Origin: an uncultured virus (IMG/VR IMGVR_UViG_3300037422_000307)
Lineage: Duplodnaviria > Heunggongvirae > Uroviricota > Caudoviricetes
Direction: 5' to 3' (one strand)
IMG/VR virus record: IMGVR_UViG_3300037422_000307
Coordinates: 1 to 64,000 of that record
Length of the DNA: 64,000 nt
The translations under genes and the position numbers were made by a program. Positions 47,920 through 57,516 of this stretch are shown here, piece by piece. Positions within the stretch are counted from its first letter, which is position 1. Each line of letters opens with the position of its first letter. The notes below the pieces were generated by a model. That model was not told the origin of the DNA. It saw nothing but the letters and a program-made list of their open reading frames with translations, and did no database searches.

Positions 47920-50436
47920 ATGGCCGGACCTCAGACCGATAACCTACTGTTACTCGATCTCACCACGGGGCTTCCCCGGACCAACGAGACTGGAGGCACT
48001 CCAGATACCATCCGGCTCTCGACGGATTTTCAGCTTATCTCGGGAGCGAACATGCTCATCGATGGTGACCTCGTGGTCAACGGAACGACTACGACGATCC
48101 ACAGCGAGCAAGTCAACGTCCGTGACAATCACCTGTACCTTAACGCCGACTACACGACGGTGCTCGCACAGACAGGCGGCCTCGTCATCAACGTGTTGCC
48201 CACGGCAACGGCGGACACCGTCGCGGCGGGAGGATTCACCGCCGGCGTTCCAGCAGTCAGCAACCCGACGGTGGTGACAGCGGGGACCGCCACGTTCGCT
48301 GCTGGCGACGTCATCCAGATCGCGGGTGCGAACAACCAAGACAACGACGGGATCTTCGAGGTGCTGAGCCACGTTGGCACCACGCTGACGATCCGGGGCG
48401 TCGGGGTCACCGGCGCGACGGTCCCGTGGGTCACGAATCAGTTCACCACGGACGCGACCGGCGGCGGTGACATCCGCATCGTCACGGTCAACGTCCTCGA
48501 GGGAGACTCGAGCGGCAACTGGAACACCGCGACGGTCACCACCACCACTGGCATCGTCTACAACACATTCACGACTCAGGGGGTCGTGGATCTCCAGGAA
48601 GCGTACGAACAAGGGAACACGATCACGACTTCGGCCGGTGAGGGAAACGTTGCCATCACTGGCACCGAACTTCTGCTCATCTCGGCTACAGGAGGCCTGG
48701 ATCTCAACACCGTCTTCGACTTCGATGGGACCTCCTTCGATGTCCAGATGACGGGAACCAATGGTTTCTCGATTGACGGCACCGCTGCGTCGAACGTGTC
48801 TGTTACGAGCGGAAGCTTGACCCTGTCCACGGTGACGACTGGATCGGTATTGATCGATGGGGTGGGCGGGGTCGAAATCAATTCGACCGGAGGCTCCCTC
48901 CAGATTGGCAATGACGCGAACACCGGGGCGATCAACATCGGGACCGGAGCTGCCGTACGCACGATCACGATGGGCAACGCCACAGGAGCGACCTCGGTCA
49001 ATTTCGATGCGGGTACCGGGGCTTACACGTTCGACTCGACAGTCCCTCAGACTACGGCGTTGATGACGTGGTCTACGACCGGAGCTAGTGGCGATTCGGT
49101 CCAGATGTTCGTAGGCGACAGTGACCCGAGCGGATCTGTCACAGGTCTCGCGGGTTCTCTGTTCTTTCGAGATACCGGTACCGGCGCGGAACTCTACCTC
49201 AACACCTCGGCCGGATCGGGCACGACGTGGACCGCCCTTTCGACGGCCGCGGGTGCAACCCTTCAGACCGCCTACGAGGCAGGCAACACAATCACGACCT
49301 CGGCGGCCGAGGGCAACGTCACGTTCACGGGGACGGAGGATTTCATTGTCACGCTGAGTGACATGCTGGTGGACACCACTGCCTCCATCAGCCTCGACGC
49401 CGACACCGCGTCGAACTTCACGGTTGACGGGGCGAACCTCACTCTCAGTACCACGACTTCGGGCACGTTGCTCATCGACGCGGTGGCTCTTCTCGACATC
49501 AATGCCGGGGCTAACCTCGATGTGGACGTCACGGGAACGATGGATTTCCTGTCCACGGGGGCCTTCTCGCTCGATGGTACGGGAGCCTCCAACGTCACGG
49601 CGACCAGCGGAAGCTTGACCCTGTCCACGGTGACGACTGGATCGGTATTGATCGATGGGGCGGACGGGGTCGAGATCAACTCTACTGCGGGGGCTCTTCA
49701 GATCGGCAACGATGCCAACGCTTTTGCGATCAACATCGGGACTGGGGCGGCGGCACGCACGATCACGATGGGTAATGCGACCGGAGCGACCTCGGTCAAT
49801 TTCGATTCCGGCTCCGGAGCGTTCACGTTCGACTCGACGGTTGGCGAAACTGCCGCGTTGATGACGTTGACCACGACGGGAACCAGCGGGGATTCGGTCA
49901 ATTTCTTCGTAGGCGACAACGATCCAAGCGGGTCTGTCACAGGTCTTGCGGGTTCTCTGTTCTTTCGAGATACGGGAACGGGGGCTGAGCTTTACCTTAA
50001 CACCTCGGCCGGATCGGGCACGACTTGGTCGGCTCTGGCGGCCGGGAGTCGGGTCACCCTCACGGCAGCGGTCGCCATTGCTGTGGGCGATGTGGTGGCT
50101 CTGAACACCGCCGGGTCTGTCATTTTGGCGGACACAGACACTGGCACCGACACGTTTGCCTATGTCATCGGAGTTGCAGCGACGGCGGCAGCGGCAGCAT
50201 CTCCGGTCCAGATCATTACGACTGGCCCGGCACCGGTCGCTTTTTCGGTTGCGCCTGGTGCAGCTACCAACGGCTCCATCGTCTTTGCAAGCGCCACCCC
50301 AGGACGAGGAACGCTGACTGCCCCTACGGGCATGGGCAACGTGGTCTACAAGATCGGCATTCTCCAAGGCGCTGACGGGGCGGACACAACTCCAGTGGTC
50401 ATGTTGCAACCCCAGTTCCTGGCGAAACGCCCGTAA
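47920..50436 (+). CDS. Long T/G-rich fibre protein with internal duplication and cement-like C-terminus
   Basis: 838 aa; repeats offset by 798 nt; LQEAYEQGNTI / LQTAYEAGNTI. Confidence 0.75.
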   Translation: MAGPQTDNLLLLDLTTGLPRTNETGGTPDTIRLSTDFQLISGANMLIDGDLVVNGTTTTIHSEQVNVRDNHLYLNADYTTVLAQTGGLVINVLPTATADTVAAGGFTAGVPAVSNPTVVTAGTATFAAGDVIQIAGANNQDNDGIFEVLSHVGTTLTIRGVGVTGATVPWVTNQFTTDATGGGDIRIVTVNVLEGDSSGNWNTATVTTTTGIVYNTFTTQGVVDLQEAYEQGNTITTSAGEGNVAITGTELLLISATGGLDLNTVFDFDGTSFDVQMTGTNGFSIDGTAASNVSVTSGSLTLSTVTTGSVLIDGVGGVEINSTGGSLQIGNDANTGAINIGTGAAVRTITMGNATGATSVNFDAGTGAYTFDSTVPQTTALMTWSTTGASGDSVQMFVGDSDPSGSVTGLAGSLFFRDTGTGAELYLNTSAGSGTTWTALSTAAGATLQTAYEAGNTITTSAAEGNVTFTGTEDFIVTLSDMLVDTTASISLDADTASNFTVDGANLTLSTTTSGTLLIDAVALLDINAGANLDVDVTGTMDFLSTGAFSLDGTGASNVTATSGSLTLSTVTTGSVLIDGADGVEINSTAGALQIGNDANAFAINIGTGAAARTITMGNATGATSVNFDSGSGAFTFDSTVGETAALMTLTTTGTSGDSVNFFVGDNDPSGSVTGLAGSLFFRDTGTGAELYLNTSAGSGTTWSALAAGSRVTLTAAVAIAVGDVVALNTAGSVILADTDTGTDTFAYVIGVAATAAAAASPVQIITTGPAPVAFSVAPGAATNGSIVFASATPGRGTLTAPTGMGNVVYKIGILQGADGADTTPVVMLQPQFLAKRP
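48808..50030 (+). repeat. Intragenic direct duplication (offset 798 nt)
   Basis: 55-nt identical block at 48808-48862 and 49606-49660; further matching blocks at 49201 and 49999. Confidence 0.9.
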
Positions 50437-50445
50437 GGAGACCCC

Positions 50446-50661
50446 ATGAAGGTCAAGATCACTGTCGAGTACGAAGTGGAACCGGAGGAGGGTAAAGAAC
50501 TCTCTCCCAAGGAGCACTCCAACATGGTTGGGATGCTTCAACGGATCACTCGGAATCGTGTGCTGGGGTATCGCGGACAACAGATGGGAAACGAACACGT
50601 GAGCACGGGGTGGGGAGTCACTATCACGGACGTCATCGTCCTTCCCGTGACCAAGACCTGA
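50446..50661 (+). CDS. Small hypothetical protein
   Basis: AAGGAG RBS; 71 aa. Confidence 0.6.
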   Translation: MKVKITVEYEVEPEEGKELSPKEHSNMVGMLQRITRNRVLGYRGQQMGNEHVSTGWGVTITDVIVLPVTKT

Positions 50662-50668
50662 AGCTCAT

Positions 50669-51754
50669 ATGGCCAACCAGATCGACAACGTCCTTTTGGA
50701 CGACGACACGACGGGGCTCCCACGTACAATCGACGTGGGCAATGATGCCCTGTTTTTGTCGACCGATCTGACGCTTCAAGCTGGCGGAATCCTCACCGCT
50801 GACAACATCAAGCGGGGAACCGCCGACCCTAATGCCGGAGGTGGGACACCGGGGAATGAGGGGGATCTCTACGAACGTACGTTGGCGGCTACCGGTGAAC
50901 TTTACGTCAATGTGGACGGGACCAACTTCGGGTGGCGAGTCGTTGCTGCGCTAACAAGCACTGCGCCCGTAGATGTGACGAAGGCGGCTGCGGTTGTGGG
51001 TGTTGGGACAACCGCAGCTCGACACGACCACAAGCATGATGTTTCGACGGCTGCTGCGGTCTCCGTGGGCACCGCGAACGCTGAGGGAGTCGCGACCAGC
51101 TTGGCTCGGTCCGACCACACGCACGCGGTCACTGGGTTCTCGATTGCGGGTCAAGTCCAGGGGGACATCCTCTACTTCAACGGCACGTCGTGGGTGCGGT
51201 TGCCTCCCGGTACGTCCGGGCAGGTGCTGACTACGGCGGGCTCGGGGGCTAACCCATCGTGGTTGGGTCCCAAGAGATACCCCAACTCCGCGACGGATCC
51301 TGTGACCCCAGCACCGGCTGCGGGGGACACATACTACAACACCACGCTGCTCATGACGATGGAGTACGACGCCACACGAGGGAAGTGGTTGAGCCTGGAT
51401 AGCTGGGGTCTTCAGTTTGGGCGCAACGGAGACCTGACGCCTGCAGGCACGTATTTGCGAGCAATCAATGGCATGGTTATGTCAGCCACGCTGGGGTACG
51501 ACGCCCTGTACAACGGGACGGTTGTTGGGATCAGTATTCGTCGCAGCACTATGAGCGATGCCTCCTACGCAGTTACGGCCTCTGGAGTAGATATCGCATC
51601 TCTTGCTTTTGTGTCGCCTGCGATGGGGGTACGGACTACGACTGCTGACGGAGATTTTGTGGCTGGTGACGTGCTGGCTGCGCGACTTGTGTCGGATGCT
51701 GTGGATCCTGAGTCGAATGTGCAAATGTTCGTCCGAATCAAGTGGAAGGTCTGA
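50669..51754 (+). CDS. Fibre-like virion protein
   Basis: N-terminus (DN.LL.D.TTGLPRT) shared with 47920; ARHDHKH / ARSDHTH; GDILYFNGTSWVRL. Confidence 0.72.
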   Translation: MANQIDNVLLDDDTTGLPRTIDVGNDALFLSTDLTLQAGGILTADNIKRGTADPNAGGGTPGNEGDLYERTLAATGELYVNVDGTNFGWRVVAALTSTAPVDVTKAAAVVGVGTTAARHDHKHDVSTAAAVSVGTANAEGVATSLARSDHTHAVTGFSIAGQVQGDILYFNGTSWVRLPPGTSGQVLTTAGSGANPSWLGPKRYPNSATDPVTPAPAAGDTYYNTTLLMTMEYDATRGKWLSLDSWGLQFGRNGDLTPAGTYLRAINGMVMSATLGYDALYNGTVVGISIRRSTMSDASYAVTASGVDIASLAFVSPAMGVRTTTADGDFVAGDVLAARLVSDAVDPESNVQMFVRIKWKV

Positions 51755-51756
51755 AC

Positions 51757-52785
51757 ATGGCACTCCCAGTTATCATCGCAAAGAATCAAACAGCTTCTCC
51801 AGTCACCCTGACGGATGTGGGCGTCATCGTCCCCGCCAGTGGGCAGGTCACTTTGACCGATGCGTTGTTTGTCTACGAGATTCTAAACTCCAAGAGTGTC
51901 CACGCGGCTATTACCGCGGCTGAGATCACCCTTAACGTGGAGGGAGTCGATCTGAACGGAGCACAGTCCGCAGTCTACGTCAACCCGGCTGCTCCTTCGA
52001 TCGAGATCTTGCACAACCTGAGCGCTACCACGAATCCGACAGTGTCCGACGGGGAGTTGCTCGGATATTCGCGCGGATCATTCTGGATGAACACGTCCAC
52101 GAACGTCCTCTGGTCGTGCTATGCGGCTACTGCCGGAGCGGCTGTTTGGTCCACTATTGGCGTCAATGGTGTTGATCCGGCTGCCCATGCTCCTCGGCAT
52201 CTTCCGAGTGGCGCTGATCCCCTGACGACAGCCACCGCCATTTCGATCACGGACTCTACGAACGGGATCGGGACCGCAAACTCTCTTGCTCGTTCGGACC
52301 ATTCCCACGCCCACGGTGACAGGGGAGGAGGATCCCTCCATGCCTTGGTGACCACGAGCGTTGACGGGTTCATGGCTGCGACTGACAAGATCAAGTTAGA
52401 CAGCCTGGGCCAAGCGGTTGCCTCCTCGGTGATCACCTCTTCCACCGCGTCGACAACCTCGTCCACTTTTCAGGATGGGTTTCCATCGCAGAACATCACG
52501 CTGACCGTCCCCGGGGATTACCTGGTCTTGTTCGACACCAACGTGTCGAGTTCGACGGCATCCGGTGTGCCTGAGATTGGAATTGCCCTCAACGGGACTG
52601 TCCAGGCCAATTCGCAGAGGTTCGTTCAGGGTAATGGTGGTGCAAGCGTTTCCGGTTTCACGCATACCATCCTTATCGGTTTGATCATTGGAGATGTTCT
52701 CACGGGGATGTTTCGGAAATCTTCTGGATCGGGCACGACCTCGATCGCGAATCGCCGACTTACTGCCCTTCTGGTGAACCGGTGA
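51757..52785 (+). CDS. Fibre-like virion protein
   Basis: HAPRHLPSGADPL, ARSDHSH, GFMAATDKIKLD fibre motifs. Confidence 0.72.
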   Translation: MALPVIIAKNQTASPVTLTDVGVIVPASGQVTLTDALFVYEILNSKSVHAAITAAEITLNVEGVDLNGAQSAVYVNPAAPSIEILHNLSATTNPTVSDGELLGYSRGSFWMNTSTNVLWSCYAATAGAAVWSTIGVNGVDPAAHAPRHLPSGADPLTTATAISITDSTNGIGTANSLARSDHSHAHGDRGGGSLHALVTTSVDGFMAATDKIKLDSLGQAVASSVITSSTASTTSSTFQDGFPSQNITLTVPGDYLVLFDTNVSSSTASGVPEIGIALNGTVQANSQRFVQGNGGASVSGFTHTILIGLIIGDVLTGMFRKSSGSGTTSIANRRLTALLVNR

Positions 52786-52796
52786 GGAGCTGAATC

Positions 52797-53804
52797 ATGT
52801 CCGCTACATACACCTACTCGGTCTCTGGCGACTTCCCGAATGGGGTGGTTTCGATCCCGTCTCTGACGATGCAGATCGATGATTCCACGATCACGTCGTC
52901 CGCTTTGGAGTACATCAACGTCGGGGTCTCGGCCCCTGACAACTGCGATATCGTGTTCGCAGCAGCCCTCTCCGGTGCCGAGGTGACGACCCTCAATGGC
53001 ATTGTAGCCACGCACACAGGGGTTCCCCCATACACCCCTCCAGCTTCCGAGTTCGGGTGGACTACGGTGGTGATCTCAGCCTCGGTGGGGACGCCCCCAT
53101 CCTCACCGGCTACGGGAGATACCTATGTCATTCCCGCGGGAGCCACGGGGGTGTGGGCCGGACATGCCCAACAGTTCACGTCTTGGAATGGTTCCGCGTG
53201 GGAGTTCATGCTTCCGCCCAACGGGTACGCCACGTGGGTTGATGATGTGAATCAGGTTTACGTTTTCAACAACTCGACGTGGGAACCTCTCGATCATTTC
53301 CTTCCCCTTGCGACGGAGACGGACTCTGGTTTGATGTCCGCGGCCGACAAAGTCAAACTCGACGGGACCACCAAGAACGACGTTGTTTCTGTGTATGACA
53401 ACACGGGAGGCATCTCGTTCACGGGGACTGCCGTCACGGTTGCGTTCGACACCACACAGACTAATACCAACGAAACCCTTTACACGTTCGCTTCCAATCA
53501 GATCACTGTCAATGCGACGGGCACTTACCTTCTCACCTACAACGTTTCCCTCGATGCGGTCAGTTCAAGCGCACGTTCTTCTTCTCGGGTTTGGCTTGAG
53601 CGCAACACTGTCCTCGTCCCTGGCACTGCTGCCTTCGGGTATCACCGTCAATCCTCTCAAGGCGAGGATACCCCGTCTTGTACGACGGTGTTGTCTATCA
53701 CAGCGGGAGATGTTTTTCGGGTGCGTGCGCAGGTAGAGAGTGGGACAAGTGCTCTGATAACCATCGCAGATGCTTCAAGGCTCACAATCACGCGCCTCGC
53801 GTGA
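52797..53804 (+). CDS. Fibre-like virion protein with DUF2793-like domain
   Basis: PPSSPATGDTYVIPAGATGVWAGH...W; GLMSAADKVKLDG; C1q-like C-terminus. Confidence 0.72.
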   Translation: MSATYTYSVSGDFPNGVVSIPSLTMQIDDSTITSSALEYINVGVSAPDNCDIVFAAALSGAEVTTLNGIVATHTGVPPYTPPASEFGWTTVVISASVGTPPSSPATGDTYVIPAGATGVWAGHAQQFTSWNGSAWEFMLPPNGYATWVDDVNQVYVFNNSTWEPLDHFLPLATETDSGLMSAADKVKLDGTTKNDVVSVYDNTGGISFTGTAVTVAFDTTQTNTNETLYTFASNQITVNATGTYLLTYNVSLDAVSSSARSSSRVWLERNTVLVPGTAAFGYHRQSSQGEDTPSCTTVLSITAGDVFRVRAQVESGTSALITIADASRLTITRLA

Positions 53805-53814
53805 GGAGATAACC

Positions 53815-54900
53815 ATGCCACAGGCCACCTACAATTTCACGATCTCCACTGACACGGCAAACGGAAAGGTTGCCCTCACCGCACTGGAGAAGGAGATCCG
53901 TGCGAGTAGCATCGTCTACGCCCTCGCTGGATCGTCGGCCGTGGGCAACACGCTCTCGATTACGTTCAAAGATGTACTGGGGTCATCCGATCAGACGACG
54001 TTGGGAGCTGTTGTGGGGGCCCATCAGGGAATCCCTCTCCCCGATCCCATGACGTCTGACGGGTATCCAATCCTCATTGCTGAGCCCCGTTCTGACACGA
54101 GTACGCCGACCATCCTGACTCCTAATTGGTGTGACCCAACGACATGGTACTACACGTCCGCGCGGGTGACGAACGAAGTGCTTACGGATTCGGGAGACCA
54201 TCTCACGTACACCAGCGCCAACGAGAATTGGATCGATTTGCGTGATGGTGCCTTGACTCAGGGCCACACTCTCTGGTCCACGTATGCCCCCGTGGTGACC
54301 GTCAACGATGTCCCACAGGCGGCCAATAGTCTCAGTGGAAATGGCGGGGTGTTCTCGTTCAATGCCGCAGAGGGTTCCGTCACCTTTGATGAGGCTCTGG
54401 CGCCCGGCGATGTGGTTAAGGCTACCTACTCCAAGAAGGTGGACTCGACGTGGGCAATTGTTCCGGCCGCTGGAAAGAAGATCGTCCTTCGAGCGGTCGA
54501 GGTGCAATTCTCGATGGACATCGATCTCACGACGGCAGCGGTGTTCGCTCCTTACGGGCCCATTGACATCTTTGCCCCGCAACTCTTGCAGAGCAACGGT
54601 GGTCCCTATCCGAGCGGCACCAAGATTCCGTTGCAAACGAGCCGTTATGATCGGATGCACAACTTCATCGACGAAGCTCAGCACGCGTACCCGAACATTC
54701 CGAAAATGGGGGGCAGTTCTTGGCGCGGGATGCAACACGAAATGCACATCTTCCGGTGGCCGTACACCGACAGTTACGGTGGCCCCGTGGTGCTCAAGTC
54801 GAGTCTGGGGATGGAGCTGAGGATTTACCTCGACGAGCACATCCCGTTCCTTGGTGAGAGAGCCGTTGCGACGCTGTACGCGAGGTCGGAACCTGAGTGA
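53815..54900 (+). CDS. Putative virion protein
   Basis: N-terminal module ending VGAHQGIP shared with 52797 and 54945. Confidence 0.7.
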   Translation: MPQATYNFTISTDTANGKVALTALEKEIRASSIVYALAGSSAVGNTLSITFKDVLGSSDQTTLGAVVGAHQGIPLPDPMTSDGYPILIAEPRSDTSTPTILTPNWCDPTTWYYTSARVTNEVLTDSGDHLTYTSANENWIDLRDGALTQGHTLWSTYAPVVTVNDVPQAANSLSGNGGVFSFNAAEGSVTFDEALAPGDVVKATYSKKVDSTWAIVPAAGKKIVLRAVEVQFSMDIDLTTAAVFAPYGPIDIFAPQLLQSNGGPYPSGTKIPLQTSRYDRMHNFIDEAQHAYPNIPKMGGSSWRGMQHEMHIFRWPYTDSYGGPVVLKSSLGMELRIYLDEHIPFLGERAVATLYARSEPE

Positions 54901-54944
54901 TGGTTGGTTTCTCAATCTTTGACGGTGACTCGTAAGGAGTTTCC

Positions 54945-55550
54945 ATGGCGACTGAATTCAAGCACTCGATCCAAACGGATTTCCTCAACAAGGCGGTTGA
55001 CGCCTCTGTCTTGACCGTGGAGATCGAAAGGTCTTCTATCACCCCGCGTCTCAATGGCATTACGATCAACGGTGATGTCGTGGCGATTGAATTCGACACT
55101 GACTTGTCGGACGACGAGGTGAAGACGCTTGGTCTGATCGTGGCGGCGCACCAAGGTATTCCGTTCAACGATGGGCCTCAGAGGGTTAACGTCGTTGCAG
55201 TGCAGGACAACGCAACGACCAGCTACGTGGTGGCTGCCACGCTCAAAGCAGATCCCATCAGTACGCTCAACTACAGTCTGAGTTTCTACTGCGAACTTCG
55301 TACCTTGACCGGAGTGACCGATGCCAGCTCTCAGTTTTCGCTGCTGCTGGACGGCTCGGAAGTTGCCTCCGGGGGAGTGGAGTCCTTTGAGTTCTTTGAC
55401 GCACGCAGCGGAGCCTTGGTGATCTCCGCCACCACTCGTGGGGTCTCTCCGGTGGTCGAGCTGCAGTTCCGTCGAAACGGACCCGTAGATACGGCGCAGA
55501 TCCGCCGCATTCGGCTGGCTTTGGTGCCGCTTGTAGAGGAAGACACATGA
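54945..55550 (+). CDS. Putative virion protein
   Basis: AAGGAG RBS; shared N-terminal module ending VAAHQGIP. Confidence 0.7.
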   Translation: MATEFKHSIQTDFLNKAVDASVLTVEIERSSITPRLNGITINGDVVAIEFDTDLSDDEVKTLGLIVAAHQGIPFNDGPQRVNVVAVQDNATTSYVVAATLKADPISTLNYSLSFYCELRTLTGVTDASSQFSLLLDGSEVASGGVESFEFFDARSGALVISATTRGVSPVVELQFRRNGPVDTAQIRRIRLALVPLVEEDT

Positions 55551-56122
55551 GTTCTCTCGCAGAGCGCCCTCTCGTGTTCATCTCGGCTCTCACCACCGGG
55601 CCGGACCAACACGAGCATGAGCTGCTTGAGATCGCAGTGCTCAATGCCGCTGGACAGACGCTATTGCACACGGCGGTGGCTCCTACGAAGATCCACACGG
55701 CTGAGCCTGAGAGCTTGGTGAAGGCGAACTACAGTGCAGGGGATTGGGCCCCCAGCCCTTTCTCAACCACCATCGCCAAGCAGATCCAGGTTCTCTTGGC
55801 AGGGGCGATCCTTGTCGGGCACGACACGCAGTTCACAATGCGGTTTGTCCACCACTTGCTCAAAGAGACGCTAGGCACCGCGGAGAAGGTGGACACGAGG
55901 TTCATCGACACGGTGACCCTCATGTGGGAGCAACTTGTTCCGTTGGGTTTGACGAATTTGACGCTTGAGGATGCGAGTTTTTTCCTGCGCTTGCCCTTCA
56001 AGCCTAACCACTCGGCGCTCGATGATGCACGAGCGGCTCGGGTGCTCTATCTGAAGTTGTTGCGTGCTGGCCCCTTGCAGCGGCTCTGGTGGAAGTGGGC
56101 CGCTCCCAAGAAGGATTCTTGA
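55547..56122 (+). CDS. DEDDh (DnaQ-like) exonuclease-fold protein with degenerate active site
   Basis: VFISALTTG (ExoI-like), LVGHDTQFT (ExoII-like), IDT, HSALDDA (ExoIII). Confidence 0.75.
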   Translation: MSSLAERPLVFISALTTGPDQHEHELLEIAVLNAAGQTLLHTAVAPTKIHTAEPESLVKANYSAGDWAPSPFSTTIAKQIQVLLAGAILVGHDTQFTMRFVHHLLKETLGTAEKVDTRFIDTVTLMWEQLVPLGLTNLTLEDASFFLRLPFKPNHSALDDARAARVLYLKLLRAGPLQRLWWKWAAPKKDS

Positions 56123-56421
56123 TGAAGGAAGTTGAAACGAAGCGTGAGGCGGACAAGGTGTTGGTTCGTGATGCTTGGGCCCTTCTGTGGCGCCGGAAAG
56201 CACCTCTGTGGGCGGCTCTCGGGATCGTGGTTGTGTTCACCGTTCGGGTTGTTGTGTGTTCCTACGAGGATCCGATCCCAGAGGGATTGGACTTCGAGTG
56301 GTATGGGAACCATTGTGGTCCCGGCCATGGAACGGGGGATACGGTGATCGATGAACTCGACGAAGCATGTCGGCGACACGACGAAGCCTATAAGGCAGGG
56401 TCGGGGGAGACGAAGTCCTGA
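56122..56421 (+). CDS. Membrane-anchored phospholipase A2-like protein
   Basis: TM segment then YGNHCGPG...IDELDEACRRHDEAY. Confidence 0.7.
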   Translation: MKEVETKREADKVLVRDAWALLWRRKAPLWAALGIVVVFTVRVVVCSYEDPIPEGLDFEWYGNHCGPGHGTGDTVIDELDEACRRHDEAYKAGSGETKS

Positions 56422-56437
56422 TTTTGAAGGACCTTGC

Positions 56438-56743
56438 TCAGTCAGCGTTTTTCTTTGACCACTCGGCCAATCCCATCATGAGAGCTGGGCACTCCTCTCG
56501 CATCGAGTCGCCCAACTCTGGAGCAGAAAACCCAAGGCGAAGTGCCCGGCTCTGTGCCTTGCTGAGAATAGACCCCACCTGCAACATGATCGAACCTTCC
56601 AACTCGGCACAGGTGTCTTGGGCCAGTTCCCGCAGTTCACGCTGTGGTTTCCAGACGAACCAGTACCCCAAGACCCCAACCGCCCCCAGCACGAAAATTA
56701 GGGCGATGGTTAGCATTTTCGTTGATTTCGTTTCCTTGTCCAT
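56438..56743 (-). CDS. Small membrane protein
   Basis: N-terminal TM helix; one of the few minus-strand genes. Confidence 0.6.
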   Translation of the reverse strand: MDKETKSTKMLTIALIFVLGAVGVLGYWFVWKPQRELRELAQDTCAELEGSIMLQVGSILSKAQSRALRLGFSAPELGDSMREECPALMMGLAEWSKKNAD

Positions 56744-56855
56744 TCGCCCTTTCTACCCCATTTTGACATGGGGGAGGATTCCCAGGCACAAATCCCGGCT
56801 TTAACCGCGTTGATGCCCCTATGAAACCCCGATAGGAAAGGATCCGTGGATCGCG

Positions 56856-57212
56856 ATGCCTAGGCGCGAAAACCAGACGACACCGTTTCTCCAAGGGGAC
56901 CTCGTGCCGCGCATAACGGACGATACGGATCTCAGGAATGATTTCGCCGGCAGCTCGCTCCAACAGCGAGAGAGCATCCTCTTGCGTTACCTGGAGTCCC
57001 TGCCGGCAGAGGACCAGGTCGACCTCGACACGCTCCGGGAGAACATCACCCGCCGCTATCCGTTTCATGGGGACGGGTCTTTCAGAGAGGCCATGGACGC
57101 GTTGGAGAAGGACGGATGGATCAAGGTCAAGAACGGACTCGTGCAACTCGACAAGGTTGCGAGAGTAACCCGGCGCTTTTTGGCTCGCTCGATGAGTGGA
57201 GGGACGCGCTGA
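56856..57212 (+). CDS. Hypothetical protein (winged-helix-like)
   Basis: FREAMDALEKDGWIKV; ends KVARVTRRFL. Confidence 0.6.
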   Translation: MPRRENQTTPFLQGDLVPRITDDTDLRNDFAGSSLQQRESILLRYLESLPAEDQVDLDTLRENITRRYPFHGDGSFREAMDALEKDGWIKVKNGLVQLDKVARVTRRFLARSMSGGTR

Positions 57213-57213
57213 C

Positions 57214-57516
57214 ATGGCGGGATCAGGCTCGAGCCAGTCGGGCGGCAGTGGCGGCGGAAAGTTCCTCGACATCACGCTCAAGGTGCTGTCGGTGCTTGTG
57301 GTGCCTCTCATCATCTGGGGTGTCAAGCTGGAGGTCAAGAACGCCATCCAGGACGAGCGCATCAGCGAGCTGCAGGAGGACTTGGACAAGCTGGCCTACG
57401 TGACGGACGCCGTACAGGCGAACGCCCTCGCTATGGTTCGCCTCGAAGGCAAGCTGGACAACCTGGACGAGAAGATCGATGAGGTCAAGAAGCTCCTGGC
57501 ATCGACGCGGCCGTAG
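57214..57516 (+). CDS. Single-TM coiled-coil protein (holin or i-spanin-like)
   Basis: GGAGGG RBS; TM ITLKVLSVLVVPLIIWGV followed by heptads. Confidence 0.6.
   Translation: MAGSGSSQSGGSGGGKFLDITLKVLSVLVVPLIIWGVKLEVKNAIQDERISELQEDLDKLAYVTDAVQANALAMVRLEGKLDNLDEKIDEVKKLLASTRP

Noticed and set aside
48808..50030. Template/variable repeat pair of a diversity-generating retroelement
   Set aside because: Both copies are in-frame within one gene, differences are not adenine-specific, and no reverse transcriptase is present
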